NCBI GenBank assembly: GCA_965116025.1
Contig: OZ220480.1
Location: 576,001 to 640,000, forward strand
From: an uncultured candidatus Porisulfidus sp.
Lineage (GTDB): Bacteria > Pseudomonadota > Gammaproteobacteria > Poriferisulfidales > Poriferisulfidaceae
DNA length: 64,000 nucleotides
Reading direction: 5' to 3'
Below are positions 19,745 through 30,289 of the stretch, in pieces. Made by a program: the position numbers and the translations under genes. A model generated the notes under the pieces. That model saw only the letters and a program-made list of their open reading frames with translations, was not told where the DNA came from and made no database searches. Each line of letters opens with the position of its first letter. Position 1 is the first letter of the stretch.

Positions 19745-19791
19745 CGCGCGCTCCGTCCTCACCCCTTGACCCGGATCAGGAGATCTTTACT

Positions 19792-20235
19792 ATGGAACAT
19801 CATCAGCAAATTCCCACCCAAGAGGCTTCCGCTCATTCCGCCCCGCGACCGCCCGGGTTCGATACAATGAGAGCGCAGAAGAAACTGACGAACGGAGGCT
19901 TCCAGGAGCGACAAGCCATGGCTATCGTCGAGACCATTCGAGACTCCCAGGCGGAACTCGCCACGAGAGAGGATTTGCTCGCGACGAGAAGGGACCTGAG
20001 AAGAGAAATAGGGGAAGTTCGAAAGGACTTGAAAGCCGAGATCGTGAAGCAGGGGCTCGAGCTTCGCAACGAATTGCATAGCGAGATTGGTGGCCTGCGC
20101 AAAGAGATGCAGGATCAGTTTTCCGCTATGCAGGATCGTCTCTCTATCATGCTCTGGCGCATCTTGCTCGGCTTTGGAGTGATCGTTGGCATTTTCGGAA
20201 CCATCGTCGGAATCGTCTTCACGTTAACTGGCTGA
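19792..20235 (+). CDS. CCDC90/DUF1640-family coiled-coil membrane-anchored protein
   Basis: FDT....KL..GGFQERQA.AI, LATREDL, heptad region and C-terminal TM helix. AGGAG RBS. Confidence 0.8.
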   Translation: MEHHQQIPTQEASAHSAPRPPGFDTMRAQKKLTNGGFQERQAMAIVETIRDSQAELATREDLLATRRDLRREIGEVRKDLKAEIVKQGLELRNELHSEIGGLRKEMQDQFSAMQDRLSIMLWRILLGFGVIVGIFGTIVGIVFTLTG

Positions 20236-20332
20236 AAGTGAGCCCCGGAAGCCGGCTTCATCGGCCGGGTCACCATTGGCTAAACGGAGCGAGATGATGG
20301 GAGAACGCCCTTGGAACGGGGTCGGCGCCTTA

Positions 20333-20609
20333 TCAGGTCAGTACGCGAAGAGCGGTCTCCGGAGCCTTGTCGAGCACCCGCAACAGCGCGCGCGCCGCGC
20401 CAGTCGGCCCGCGCTTCCCCTGTTCCCAATCGCGGATCGTCTCGCACGGCACGTTGATGCGCCGCGTCCCGCATGGCCTCAATTTCATCTTCCTTCTGTT
20501 GCGCGGCGATTTCGGCTTCGGTAGTACCGTCAACCACCGCGAGGTCGACCCGCCCCTCGAGGAAAGTCGTCGGATCTTCCAGATCAACACTGATGCGCGT
20601 TATGCTCAT
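20333..20609 (-). pseudogene. Xre-HTH antitoxin with internal deletion and frameshift
   Basis: N-terminus (..GRVDLAVVDGTTEAEIAAQ..EAMRDAA) and C-terminus (TIRDWEQGKRGPTGAARALLRVL) are in different frames, and the first HTH helices are missing. Confidence 0.7.
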
Positions 20610-20676
20610 AGCTCGCGGTCTCCTTTCCGTTGGCTTCGCGAATTGTACGACGCGAGAGAACCCGCCTCTCCCACCG

Positions 20677-21816
20677 TCACCTTGAGATTTGGATCAGCGC
20701 GCCGGATTCCGGGAGGCGCGAAGCCTCCTGAAGAAGCTCGCATAATTCCATGTTGACATAGTAGTCGCCACGACCCGCGCGGCGTTTCTCGACCAGACCA
20801 GCATTCGCGAGCTGACCCAGCCAGCGAATGGCGGTCGCCCGCGAAACCCCCAGCTCACGCTGGACATGCCGTGAACGCGTGTACGGATGCCGGAACAGGT
20901 TATTCAGAAGATCCTGAGAGTACAACTTGGGCAAGACCTCGCGCATCCGCGCCTTGCGTTTCTTCATGAGCTCGTGGATCCCGGAGACCAGGCGCATGCT
21001 CGCCTTGGACGTCTCCTCGACCACCGCGAGCATGTATAGCGTCCAATCCTCCCATGCGTCCTCTTCCCGAGCGGACTGGAGCAGTTGGTAGTATCTCGCC
21101 CTAGTCTGGAGAATCGTCCGGCTCATGTACAGGATCGGAGGATCCAGCAAGCCCGTCTTCGCGAGGTAGAGAGCGTTCAGGACTCGGCCCACGCGCCCGT
21201 TGCCGTCGGAGAAGGGGTGAACGCTCTCGAACTGCAGATGGATGAGCGCCATCCTGATCAACGGATCGAGTGGCCCCGGGGATACGTCATTGACATAGCG
21301 AAGAAGCGCGCGCATGAGGCTCTTGATCTCGGCGAGCTCTTTCGGCGGGACATACACGATTCTCCGCTCCGCTGGATCTCCCCCGTAGGCGGGCTTCTCC
21401 CGGAAGCCATCTTGACGACCCGTGATCTCTCGATAAACATCTATAATCACGCGCTCCGTGACCCGCCATCCTGATTCGATCAGGATTCGGTAGCCCTTCT
21501 TCAAGGCCCGCCGATACCGCATCACCTCTTTGGTGGCAGCGGACGCTCTCGACTCCCCCAGAACGCCATCTGCTCGGAAAAGCTCATCCTGCGTGGTCGC
21601 GATATTCTCGACCGCGGAACTCGCGTGCGCTTCCTGCAAAGTGAGCGTGTCGATCAATATTTCCTGATTCGGTATGGATGCCGCGCGGCCCGCGAGCTCG
21701 CCCAAGGCGCGATTCGCGCTGGCGAGAGCCTTCAAAATCCGTACCGTGTTGAGATCGACCCCATAGGGAGGCAACGGGCAAAGATATCGTTCCATTCTTG
21801 ACAAAAAACTTATCAA
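20677..21816 (-). CDS. Fic-family protein (class II, Fic_N plus C-terminal HTH)
   Basis: HPFSDGNGRVGR catalytic motif, SSAVEN inhibitory motif, LLNNLFRHPYT. Confidence 0.92.
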   Translation of the reverse strand: MISFLSRMERYLCPLPPYGVDLNTVRILKALASANRALGELAGRAASIPNQEILIDTLTLQEAHASSAVENIATTQDELFRADGVLGESRASAATKEVMRYRRALKKGYRILIESGWRVTERVIIDVYREITGRQDGFREKPAYGGDPAERRIVYVPPKELAEIKSLMRALLRYVNDVSPGPLDPLIRMALIHLQFESVHPFSDGNGRVGRVLNALYLAKTGLLDPPILYMSRTILQTRARYYQLLQSAREEDAWEDWTLYMLAVVEETSKASMRLVSGIHELMKKRKARMREVLPKLYSQDLLNNLFRHPYTRSRHVQRELGVSRATAIRWLGQLANAGLVEKRRAGRGDYYVNMELCELLQEASRLPESGALIQISR

Positions 21817-22197
21817 AATTTGCCGTTTATTATATCTTCAACAATTAATCATTTCAAATATAAATATTTTTGATATATAGCTGGAGCGATCTTCTCAAAA
21901 TTCTCGGTATTTGAACGAATGACTCAGATGAGACCGCAAGAATTTCGGAGCGCGTTTCCCGAAAATTTCCCACGTGGTGAAAGGCCGATACCCCACCCCC
22001 ATAATCATGGTGCCGGCCTCGCGATCTCAAGCGCGAGATAGGGGATGCGCCTATGGAGCGCGGAGGCCATCGCCCGCGACCTCTCCACGGCCGCGTCAAA
22101 TCGCGCGCGAATTTCCGCTTAAAGCAACAGTACGCGGAAAACTGTTGCAATTAGGCCGGATGCCGCCTTCCGCGGGCGGATTCCCTAGGGCTGAGGC

Positions 22198-23073
22198 TCA
22201 AAACGCGCGACTACGGAAAGGCTCGACCGCTCCCTGCATCGCCGCCGCCCGCGCCGTATTGAGCAACAGGCAAGCCACCGTCATCGGCCCGGTGCCCCCG
22301 GGCATCGGGGTCACGCGTCCCGCGACCTTCCGGACCTCCTCGAATCGAACGTCCCCCTGGATCTTCCCGCCCACGCGGTTCACCCCGACATCGAACACCG
22401 CCGCGCCGGGCTTGACGTGCTCCGCCGTGATCATTCCGGGACTGCCGGTCGCCGCCACCAGAATATCCGCCTCGCGCGCGATCCTTCGCAGACCCCGAGT
22501 GCGCGAGTGCGCCACGGTCACGGTGGCGTCCACCCCACGCTCGGCCAGCATCAGCGCCATCGGCACGCCTACCAGGCGCGAGCGCCCAACCACCAGGGCT
22601 CGCGCTCCAGAAGTCGGAATTCGGTAATGCCGGATCAGCTCCATCACGCCGAACGGCGTGCATGGACGCAACCCGGGAAGCCCCGCCGCGAGACGGCCCA
22701 AGTTGGTTTCCGTCAGGCCGTCCACATCCTTATCCGGAGGGATGGCGGCTAGCGCCTCCGCGGAGTCCAAGCCGCCCGGAAGCGGCATCTGCACCAGGAT
22801 CCCGTGCACGGATGGGTCGCCCGCCAAAATCCGGATCGCCTGGACCAGATCCTCCTGAGCGATGTCCGCGGGAAAGGCCTGATGCCGCGAGATGATCCCG
22901 GCCTCGTCGGCCTCCCTGATCTTCCGGGAGACGTACAACTGGCTGGCCGGGTCCTCGCCGACCAGCACGGTCGCCAAGGTCACCGGGGCCGCGGCATCCA
23001 GACGCTCGGCAAGCCGCGCGCGGATTCCGCGCGCGACCGCGTCGCCGTCGATCAGCCGCCCGGACTCACTCAA
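22198..23073 (-). CDS. folD: Methylenetetrahydrofolate dehydrogenase/cyclohydrolase
   Basis: VGEDPAS.LYV, HGILVQMPLP, KDVDG, PCTP, GRS.LVG.P, TPMPGGTGPMT. Confidence 0.95.
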   Translation of the reverse strand: MSESGRLIDGDAVARGIRARLAERLDAAAPVTLATVLVGEDPASQLYVSRKIREADEAGIISRHQAFPADIAQEDLVQAIRILAGDPSVHGILVQMPLPGGLDSAEALAAIPPDKDVDGLTETNLGRLAAGLPGLRPCTPFGVMELIRHYRIPTSGARALVVGRSRLVGVPMALMLAERGVDATVTVAHSRTRGLRRIAREADILVAATGSPGMITAEHVKPGAAVFDVGVNRVGGKIQGDVRFEEVRKVAGRVTPMPGGTGPMTVACLLLNTARAAAMQGAVEPFRSRAF

Positions 23074-23992
23074 TGGGGGGTTGCTTGTCCGGGTCGAGAT
23101 AGATCAGGTTCTTTCCAAGGCGGCCGCCGTAGTTTCCGGCCGAGATCATGATCAGGCCCGCGGTGTCGCGAGACGCCTCGATGGCCGCGTGGGTGGCCTG
23201 GATGATCGTCTCCAGGTCGCGCCCGTTAATGATGATCTCCATGACCGAGCTCACGCCTTCCGGGAGGCCTCGCTCGACTTCCGGGTCATCCTGCAGCATG
23301 GGGCAGAATTTCTCGTAGGTGCTGGCGATCGAGAACTTGTACGCGCTGCCGGGTTTGGAGCCAGACCCCGCGACTCCGCCGGGGAAGCACATCACCACGC
23401 CCGGCGTCTTGGCGATCGCCTCGACTCCCTTCATGGCGGCGTTCAGCGCGGAATCGACATCGCCGCCGAAGAACCAGAGATTGCCGCCCATCAGGCCGTC
23501 GGCGTACCCTAGCCTGCGGTCCAGCACGAACTCGCCGCCCAGAATCGGCACCCACCACATCTTTCGCCCGAATCGCTCGACGCGGCGCTGCTTGCCATTC
23601 CCGAAATAGGCGACCTTCCGGCCCATCTGGAAGTGATCCTCGGTGTCCAAAAGATTGAAGCAGGAAGCCGTCGGGCAGGTCAGCACGTTCTGGCTGATCC
23701 GCACCAGCGCGGCCCGCTCCAGCTTCTCCACCCGGTCCTTCCAGAAACGCGGCACGTGCAATTGCACGATCGCGCCCGGGCGTCCGTCCGGGGTCTCGAA
23801 AGACTCGTCTCCCCCCGGTCCCACGAACCGGTCCAGGCCCGCCTCGCAATCACACAGAATCGTGCTGGCGGCGTTCCCGACCGCGGCGTCCACCGCGTGC
23901 CGGACCCAGGTCTGGTCCCGGGCCGTGATCAGAAACTCAGTGTAGAGGCTACGGAACGCCTCGGCGTAAGTGTCATCGATTCGCGCGGACAT
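23066..23992 (-). CDS. fhcD: Formylmethanofuran-tetrahydromethanopterin formyltransferase-like (Ftr/FhcD)
   Basis: IDDTYAEAF, TPDGRPG, RISQNVLTCPT, YFGNG, GGNLW, FPGGV..SGSK, EIIING, SAGNYGG.LG. Confidence 0.9.
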   Translation of the reverse strand: MSARIDDTYAEAFRSLYTEFLITARDQTWVRHAVDAAVGNAASTILCDCEAGLDRFVGPGGDESFETPDGRPGAIVQLHVPRFWKDRVEKLERAALVRISQNVLTCPTASCFNLLDTEDHFQMGRKVAYFGNGKQRRVERFGRKMWWVPILGGEFVLDRRLGYADGLMGGNLWFFGGDVDSALNAAMKGVEAIAKTPGVVMCFPGGVAGSGSKPGSAYKFSIASTYEKFCPMLQDDPEVERGLPEGVSSVMEIIINGRDLETIIQATHAAIEASRDTAGLIMISAGNYGGRLGKNLIYLDPDKQPPIE

Positions 23993-23995
23993 GGA

Positions 23996-24628
23996 TCAGT
24001 CTCGCCCGCGACCCCGATAGACCGCGTCCTCGGTCACCACGTAATCCATGTACACGTCGTGCGGAGCGACCAGAATCTCTTCGAACAGCTGCGATTCGTA
24101 GCACAGCGCCACCAGCGCGCAATCCGGACGGACCCGCTCGAGCAAGCGGTCGTAGTAGCCTTGGCCGTTGCCCATGCGGCCGCCGTCGCGGTCGAAGCCG
24201 ACGCCCGGGACCATCACCATGTCCAACTCCTCCGCCGCCGGCTCCTTGTCCGGGTTGCCCCACATCTCTTTCGGAGGCTCGAGGATGTTCCATTTGCCGA
24301 CCACCATCTCCTCCAGACTCTCCATGTGCCACAGGCCGAGCTTGTTCTCCCCCTTCTCGTCCACCGTGCAGTACGGCACGACGATCTTCTTCTCGCCCTT
24401 GGCCACCTCGTCGAGCAGTTGCGGCTTGGTGCGGGTCTCGGAGCGGCAGTCGATATACCACATGACGGAGCGGGCGTTCCCATACTCCTCCAAGGCCATC
24501 AGGCGCCCCACCGCCCGGGCGCTGATCTCGTCCTTGTTCTCCTGGGCGTTCCGGCGGTCATACGCCTCGCGGCGCATCTTGGCCTTCCGCTCCATGATCG
24601 CGTCAAGTTCTTCTTGTGACAAAGCCAT
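23996..24628 (-). CDS. 5-formyltetrahydrofolate cyclo-ligase
   Basis: ILEP, DMVMVPGVGFDRDGGRMGNGQGYYDRLL, PHDVYMD.VVTE. Confidence 0.92.
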   Translation of the reverse strand: MALSQEELDAIMERKAKMRREAYDRRNAQENKDEISARAVGRLMALEEYGNARSVMWYIDCRSETRTKPQLLDEVAKGEKKIVVPYCTVDEKGENKLGLWHMESLEEMVVGKWNILEPPKEMWGNPDKEPAAEELDMVMVPGVGFDRDGGRMGNGQGYYDRLLERVRPDCALVALCYESQLFEEILVAPHDVYMDYVVTEDAVYRGRGRD

Positions 24629-25160
24629 CGGGTCTCTCCTATGCGCCTGCGGCGGGGAAAATCGGGTAACCGGAAAAGTGAGGTGCAGATTATAGGGGAT
24701 TTCGCTCCAGGCGCCTGAAAGCGGGGTGGAAGGCATCACTGGCGGCAATCATCGCCTCTCCGGGCTCGCTTCCACCCATCCGTCCCTAGCCTCGCGATCA
24801 AGCGGAGCGAGACCCTCTGACATGGTGGATGACGCCACGCGCCCAGTCGCGCCTTCACCAGCGTTTTCCTTACTTTTCTGGCTCCTTTGTAGCGAGTCGT
24901 CAAAACATAGCCAACTCTCCCCCGGATTGCCATCAGCAACCTGTTACTCCGCTTCTGGTCCAGTCGTCTCCTTCGTCGCCTCGCGCGCTGGTCAACCAGC
25001 GCGGTTTTCGGGCGTGTCACGCTTGAAAGTTGAAACCGGGGCTACCAAAAAATCCAGTATCCGACGAAACACCACAACAGGCCAGCCAATATAAAAGCCA
25101 CCCAGTTCGAGACTTGATCCGCGCCTCTTCGAACCAGCAGAAAGTCATTCCTATTAATCT

Positions 25161-28100
25161 TCATACGATGCGCGCCTCGCCCCCAACGATGGAGTACGTG
25201 GGCCGTTCGAGCCCGGACCAGGAGATGACGGATGACTGTCCTTTGTGAGTCAGAGTCACGGCCCCGGCCGAGAGCAACCGATCCCGCCACGACACGCTAT
25301 CGAACAACGAATCCCGGACGATCAGGACATCGGTGCCGCCCTCGCCGCCGTCCAGGTCGCCACTGAGCGCGGCGTTGGCCAGCAGAACGAATTGGTCTAC
25401 GTTATGGCCCCCCCGTAGCCTCTCCACCCCGGTGAAATCGACGGTCCACATCCTTCCGTCTTCGCCCGCCCCGAACCGGAGGTTTCCAGAATTGGAGCCG
25501 TCAAGGGTCCAGACGACGTTCACGCCGGGCCCCTGGATGGCGTCAATCGCGCCGCCGGCGCGAATACCTCTCATCCCGTACGCCTTGAAACCGTAGACTT
25601 CGAAGCTGCCGTCCGTAGAGAACGTCCAGGTCGTGTCCTCGTTCTTGCCCACGAACCAGTTCTTGCCAGAACCAGCCGCCAGCTTCTCGAACCCGTGGAG
25701 AGTCCAGGTGGCGGCGGTGGCGCGATCCTGCGCGTCGAGAGCTGGCCCCACGCGCGCCGCTCCCGCCTCCGTGACCGACCATGCTCGATCACCGGCGTCC
25801 CCCAGCGCCGTGTCCTCTCCACTTCCCCCTCCCAGCTCCTCGACCGAAGTGAATCGGGCCAGCAGCGCCTCGCTGTAGGAATCCAGCGTGGCCAGCATCC
25901 GACCTGATTCCCCGGAGTCCGGCAGAGTCCAGAGAGTCGCCTCGTCATTGAGGATCGCGATGCGGTCGTTTCCCTCTCCCCCGTCGAACTCGATGATCGG
26001 CAGGGGATTGACGGTCTCCGAGATGCTCAACGCGTCATCGAAGCCATCCGCGTCAATGGTGACGGTATCGTCGCCGGAGCCGGTCAGGATCACGAATCGG
26101 GTAACGGCCCCAAGTTCCACGTCCGCCAACTCGCGGTCCGACCCGTCCACGAGCTTGATACGGTGGGCGCCATCCGGATCCGTGGCCAACTTGAACCTGA
26201 GATCAAGATCGCCAGTCTCCGAACTTCGGTCAACGGTGTAAATGGACTCGACGAGCTCGAAGTCGGTATAGGAGACGGTGATGTCGTCGAGAGTCACGCT
26301 GCCCGACTCTGGAGAGCCGCTCATCTCGATCAACTCGTAATCGGTGTATTCGTAGGCCAGCGTGTCCTCGCCATTGCCTCCGTTCAGCCTCTCGATGCCA
26401 GTGAATCCGATCCGTAATCCCTCCTCCTTTCCGTCGAGCGCGCTCGATACATCGCCCGCGCCCGCGCCCGCGCCGGACAGGGTCCACCGCGAATTCTCGT
26501 CGGAAAGCACCGTGAGCACGTCGTTCGCGCCTTTCTCTCCCGTCACGATGAAAGACGGGGTCCGCGTGGCCGCGTTCTTTCCGAGCAAACTGGCGAAGGA
26601 CGTAGCGTCGATCACGACGCGGTTGTTCGCGCCTCCCCCAAGCGTCACGCGAAGAATGGAAATGTCCGAGAGATCCCAACTGTGAATTTCCTCCGGATCG
26701 GAGTCGAGCGTGGGAAAATCGTAAACCTTGACATAGTAAGCGGTCCGCGTCTCCTCGTTCACGGTCGTCTCCACGGCGACCAGCTTGACCTGAACGATCC
26801 GGTCCTCCTCGTCCTCATTCTCCTCGGCTCCGAGATTTATCTCCCGCTCCGTGGATTCGAAGTTAGCGCGAGCGATCACCGGGCCGATGGCCGGGCCCGC
26901 CACATGCTTGATGCGGAGAGAATCCGTCGGGCCGGCTCCGTCGAGACTCTCCACTCCGGTAAAGTCCACGGTCAGCGGTCCGGAATCCTCCGCGACCGTG
27001 GCCCACGCCACGCCATCGCCGTCCGGCTCCACGATCCAATCGGTTTTCGCGTCGTTGGTGATGACCAATTGGTCTTGACCTCGTCCGGCATCCACGATGA
27101 TCACGGGTGGCTGGGGACTGTCGGACTGCCGGGCACCGAACGAAGTCGCGTCGATGACGATCCGATCATCGCCATCCCCGGTGCGCAGAATGATCGATGT
27201 GGTGTCGGACGCGCTGGTCGCGGCCACGACTACGGCGGGATCATCGGCATCGACCGCGGCGAAGCGCGCGCTTCCGTTCTCACCATCCACGCGCTTGACA
27301 AGAAGCCGCTGGGCAGCCTCCTGATCGGAGCGGTCGATCACCCATGTGGATTCGACGCTGTCGAAGTCCGAATAAGACAACGACGCGCCGTTAAGCTGGA
27401 CCGTCTCGCGCGCTCCCGGCCCCTCGACCGCGGGGCGGTGACTGAACGCGACGCTCGTGAAATCCGATTTCACGACCGCCAGCTCGTCCTTCCCCACGCC
27501 GCCCACCAAATTCTCCGCGCCGGACCAAGAGACGTTCAGCCGAGTCTCTCCATCCGCGAGATTGCCGCTCACCGCGCCTGCATCCGCGTTTCTGACCGAC
27601 CACTTCAGGTCGCCTCCGTGGGTGATCTCCAGTCGATCTTGATCCCCCTCCCCAGTATCGACGAGAAACTCCGGAACCGCCTCGCCATCACTCAGGTCCT
27701 GGAAGGAATCCGCCTTGATCGTGACCCAATCGTCACCCCGCCCGGTGTTGACGGAAACTCGGGAGACATCGGCGAGCCGCTGCTTGGCGACGACATTCCC
27801 GGTGTTTCGGTCAACGATCTGGACGTAATTGACGTTCTTCATGTCGCCGTTGGCCCGTTCCCTCTGCTTGACCATCTTGACGATGAGCTGCTGCTCCCCC
27901 GCGCCGCCAGACAACCCGGTCACGTCGTGGACAGCTCGCCGTTGAGCAGCAGACGAGGCTCCATCGCCTCGAACAGAAACGGCTGCCTAGCGCGCGGGCG
28001 GCGCGCCTCCGGCCAAGTTGGGATGCGGGAGCGGACCCAATTCCGGACCACTCCAGAAAGCGGACTTCGGGACTCGGGTTCCAGGCAACTCTCGGACGAG

Positions 28101-28165
28101 ACGCCTTCGGAAGGCGCGGGAAGGATGGCGGGATCGGAAGAACGGCCGCCCGCGCGACGAAACAT
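25161..28165 (-). pseudogene. LEPR-XLL-type giant repetitive surface/secreted protein, frameshifted and apparently 3'-truncated
   Basis: The FLFEAMEPRLLL motif (ORF ending 27920) is one base out of frame with the 920-aa body (27923-25161). The body has recurring (F/W)xG(V/I/A)ExLxGGxGxD beta-repeats and ends abruptly. Confidence 0.7.
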
Positions 28166-29517
28166 CCGCGCGAGGGAGGGTGGAATCAAGGCGGATTTTC
28201 CATTGGCCCGATCTCCCGCCCGCGTCCCCTTATCCGCGGCAGCATCACAGGCGATCACCCGCATCCGCGCCCACGCGCGGGCGGCCACGTCACGGCTTGA
28301 GGAATCCCTCGCCTCAGGCCGCCCTCTCGCTCTCCCCGCCATGACGGTCTCTCGCCTCCCAGAGCGCGCTGACATCATTTCCGTCGGGCGGCCCGCGTTC
28401 CTTGACGTAGAAAGATCGCTGGCAGCCACCAGCCCGGCGCCTGGAATCGGTCGGTTTCCCGACCGTCGTCCCGCTCGTCAACCCGAGCGAAAAACGCGCG
28501 GAACCGGCTTGGCAAAGTTTAGGCGGGGGATGTTTCTTTTATGTGAACGCGCCTCCGCTCCGGTCGAGCGGAAAACGCCGCGCTGGACTGTGGGTCACGC
28601 GCCCGGAAGATCAAGGAGAACCGGGCTTGGCAAGGGGTGGATCGCCAAAGGTGAAAGGTGAAGAATCGCTATCGAATGAAAGTGCTTCTGGATGGCTTGG
28701 GTAAGCCCAAGGTCAAGCGAGGGGTGTCAGTCATACTTGGAACACCTTCATCACTTCGTCACCAAAATGATTGATGGCCTTGACCGCGATACGGCCGGAA
28801 GCGGGCTTGGGAAAAGGGCGGGAAGTGTCTCTTTTCAGGGTGGCCCACACCTCTTCATCAATCTCGGCCCTCAAGGTCGTTTTGAGGGACTTGTAGGGAT
28901 CCTGCGCCCCAAGGAAGTAAGCATGGCGCACGAAGAAACTCTCCTCGTTATAGTCGGTGTCCACAAACCAGCACGCGATGCCGTCAGCATTGTCGCTCCG
29001 CACCTCGCCGCTATTAGGATGGAAAACATCCACGCCTTTGATACGCACCCGGATGCTACCGTCATCATCCGGCAAGATATCAATGTCGGGCTCGCCAAAG
29101 ATCACGAAGAGATTTCCTTTCCCGGTATTCTTGAGGTCATCGGCCATGTGCAGATCAGCGTTCATGCGCGCCTTCAATATCGGAATTCGCCCGAGCTTAT
29201 TCAATTCGGTGGCATGAACATCGTAGTTGAAGGCGCAAGCGACCAACACATCGCAACCGGCATCGGCAGCTTCACGCGCGGCGGTTACCAAATCTGCCCG
29301 CATGACCGTTCCAAATTCCGGGCCAATAAAAATGCCAGCGCATCGTATGGTGCCTTTGTCACTATCGCCCTCCAAATAGTCCCCTCGGGCGCAGACGAGG
29401 TTCCCAGGCCAAGGAACCAATGAAATGAACTTGATGTGATCCCCTTTGCGCGCCTGCTGGACACCAGAGGTTGCCAGATTCTTCAAGATCATATCAGTGA
29501 AATTCGATGCCTCTTGC

Positions 29518-29540
29518 GGGGGGGGGGGGGGGGGGGGGGG
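29518..29540. repeat. G23 homopolymer (C23 on the mod coding strand, encodes Pro8)
   Basis: Counted directly; currently in frame. Confidence 0.85.
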
Positions 29541-30289
29541 ATTATCGTTATCAGCGACCGTCAGCATCCTGTGCGGGGACAAGCTTTCGACCGTGAAAGG
29601 ACCAGCGACGCGAACGCGAGTCTCATCCTGGAATGGTTTGTCGTATAGGTATTCAGTATCCGCCATACCTGCGATAGAGTCATCAATCTTCTTTTGTCGG
29701 GCGATACGCGCCTCCCACCACTGCTCATGCGCGGACACCGCGTCATCCGGCCAATCCCTTTCAGCCTCTCGTGGAATTTCCCACTCTTCCCAAGCCTTTC
29801 TGAGACTGTTATTGAGTTGGGCGCGGAGAGGCTCCAAGGTATCTTGCCAGGTCCGCCAAATTACGTCTATTTCGGCATTGTTAGCAATCGAACCCAGCGT
29901 GATGTGGGGCACCTGTTTGTAGACGAAGCCATGACGGAGATCACCGCAAGTAGGGTCACCCGAAGGAGCCCGCCCAGAGATTTCAGATTCATTCTTTTGC
30001 CCCTCTGGGCTATCAGCCAAAATGTAGTAAGGGTAGCGCGCCGCCATGATTCGAGATCGTGCCAAAGCCAAGGCGACGCGCGAGGTGTCTATGGTGATCC
30101 AGCGCCGTCCCCACTCCTCGGCAACATAAGCGGTGGTGCCAGAACCACAAGTTGGATCCAGAACTAAATCACCGGGGTCTGTAGTCATCAGGATGCAGCG
30201 TGAAACTGGTTTTTTAGAAGTCTGCACAACGTAGGATTTAAAGATTTCGGGACCTGTGTCATTCCAAGAATTCGGAATCTCAAAAGCTA

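Noticed and set aside
21800-21900. AT-rich tract as a replication origin
   Set aside because: Short, no DnaA boxes or iterons seen; best explained as the fic promoter region.
24726-25040. ORFs between the cyclo-ligase and the giant protein
   Set aside because: Conflicting short frames without homology cues; probably debris from the truncation event.
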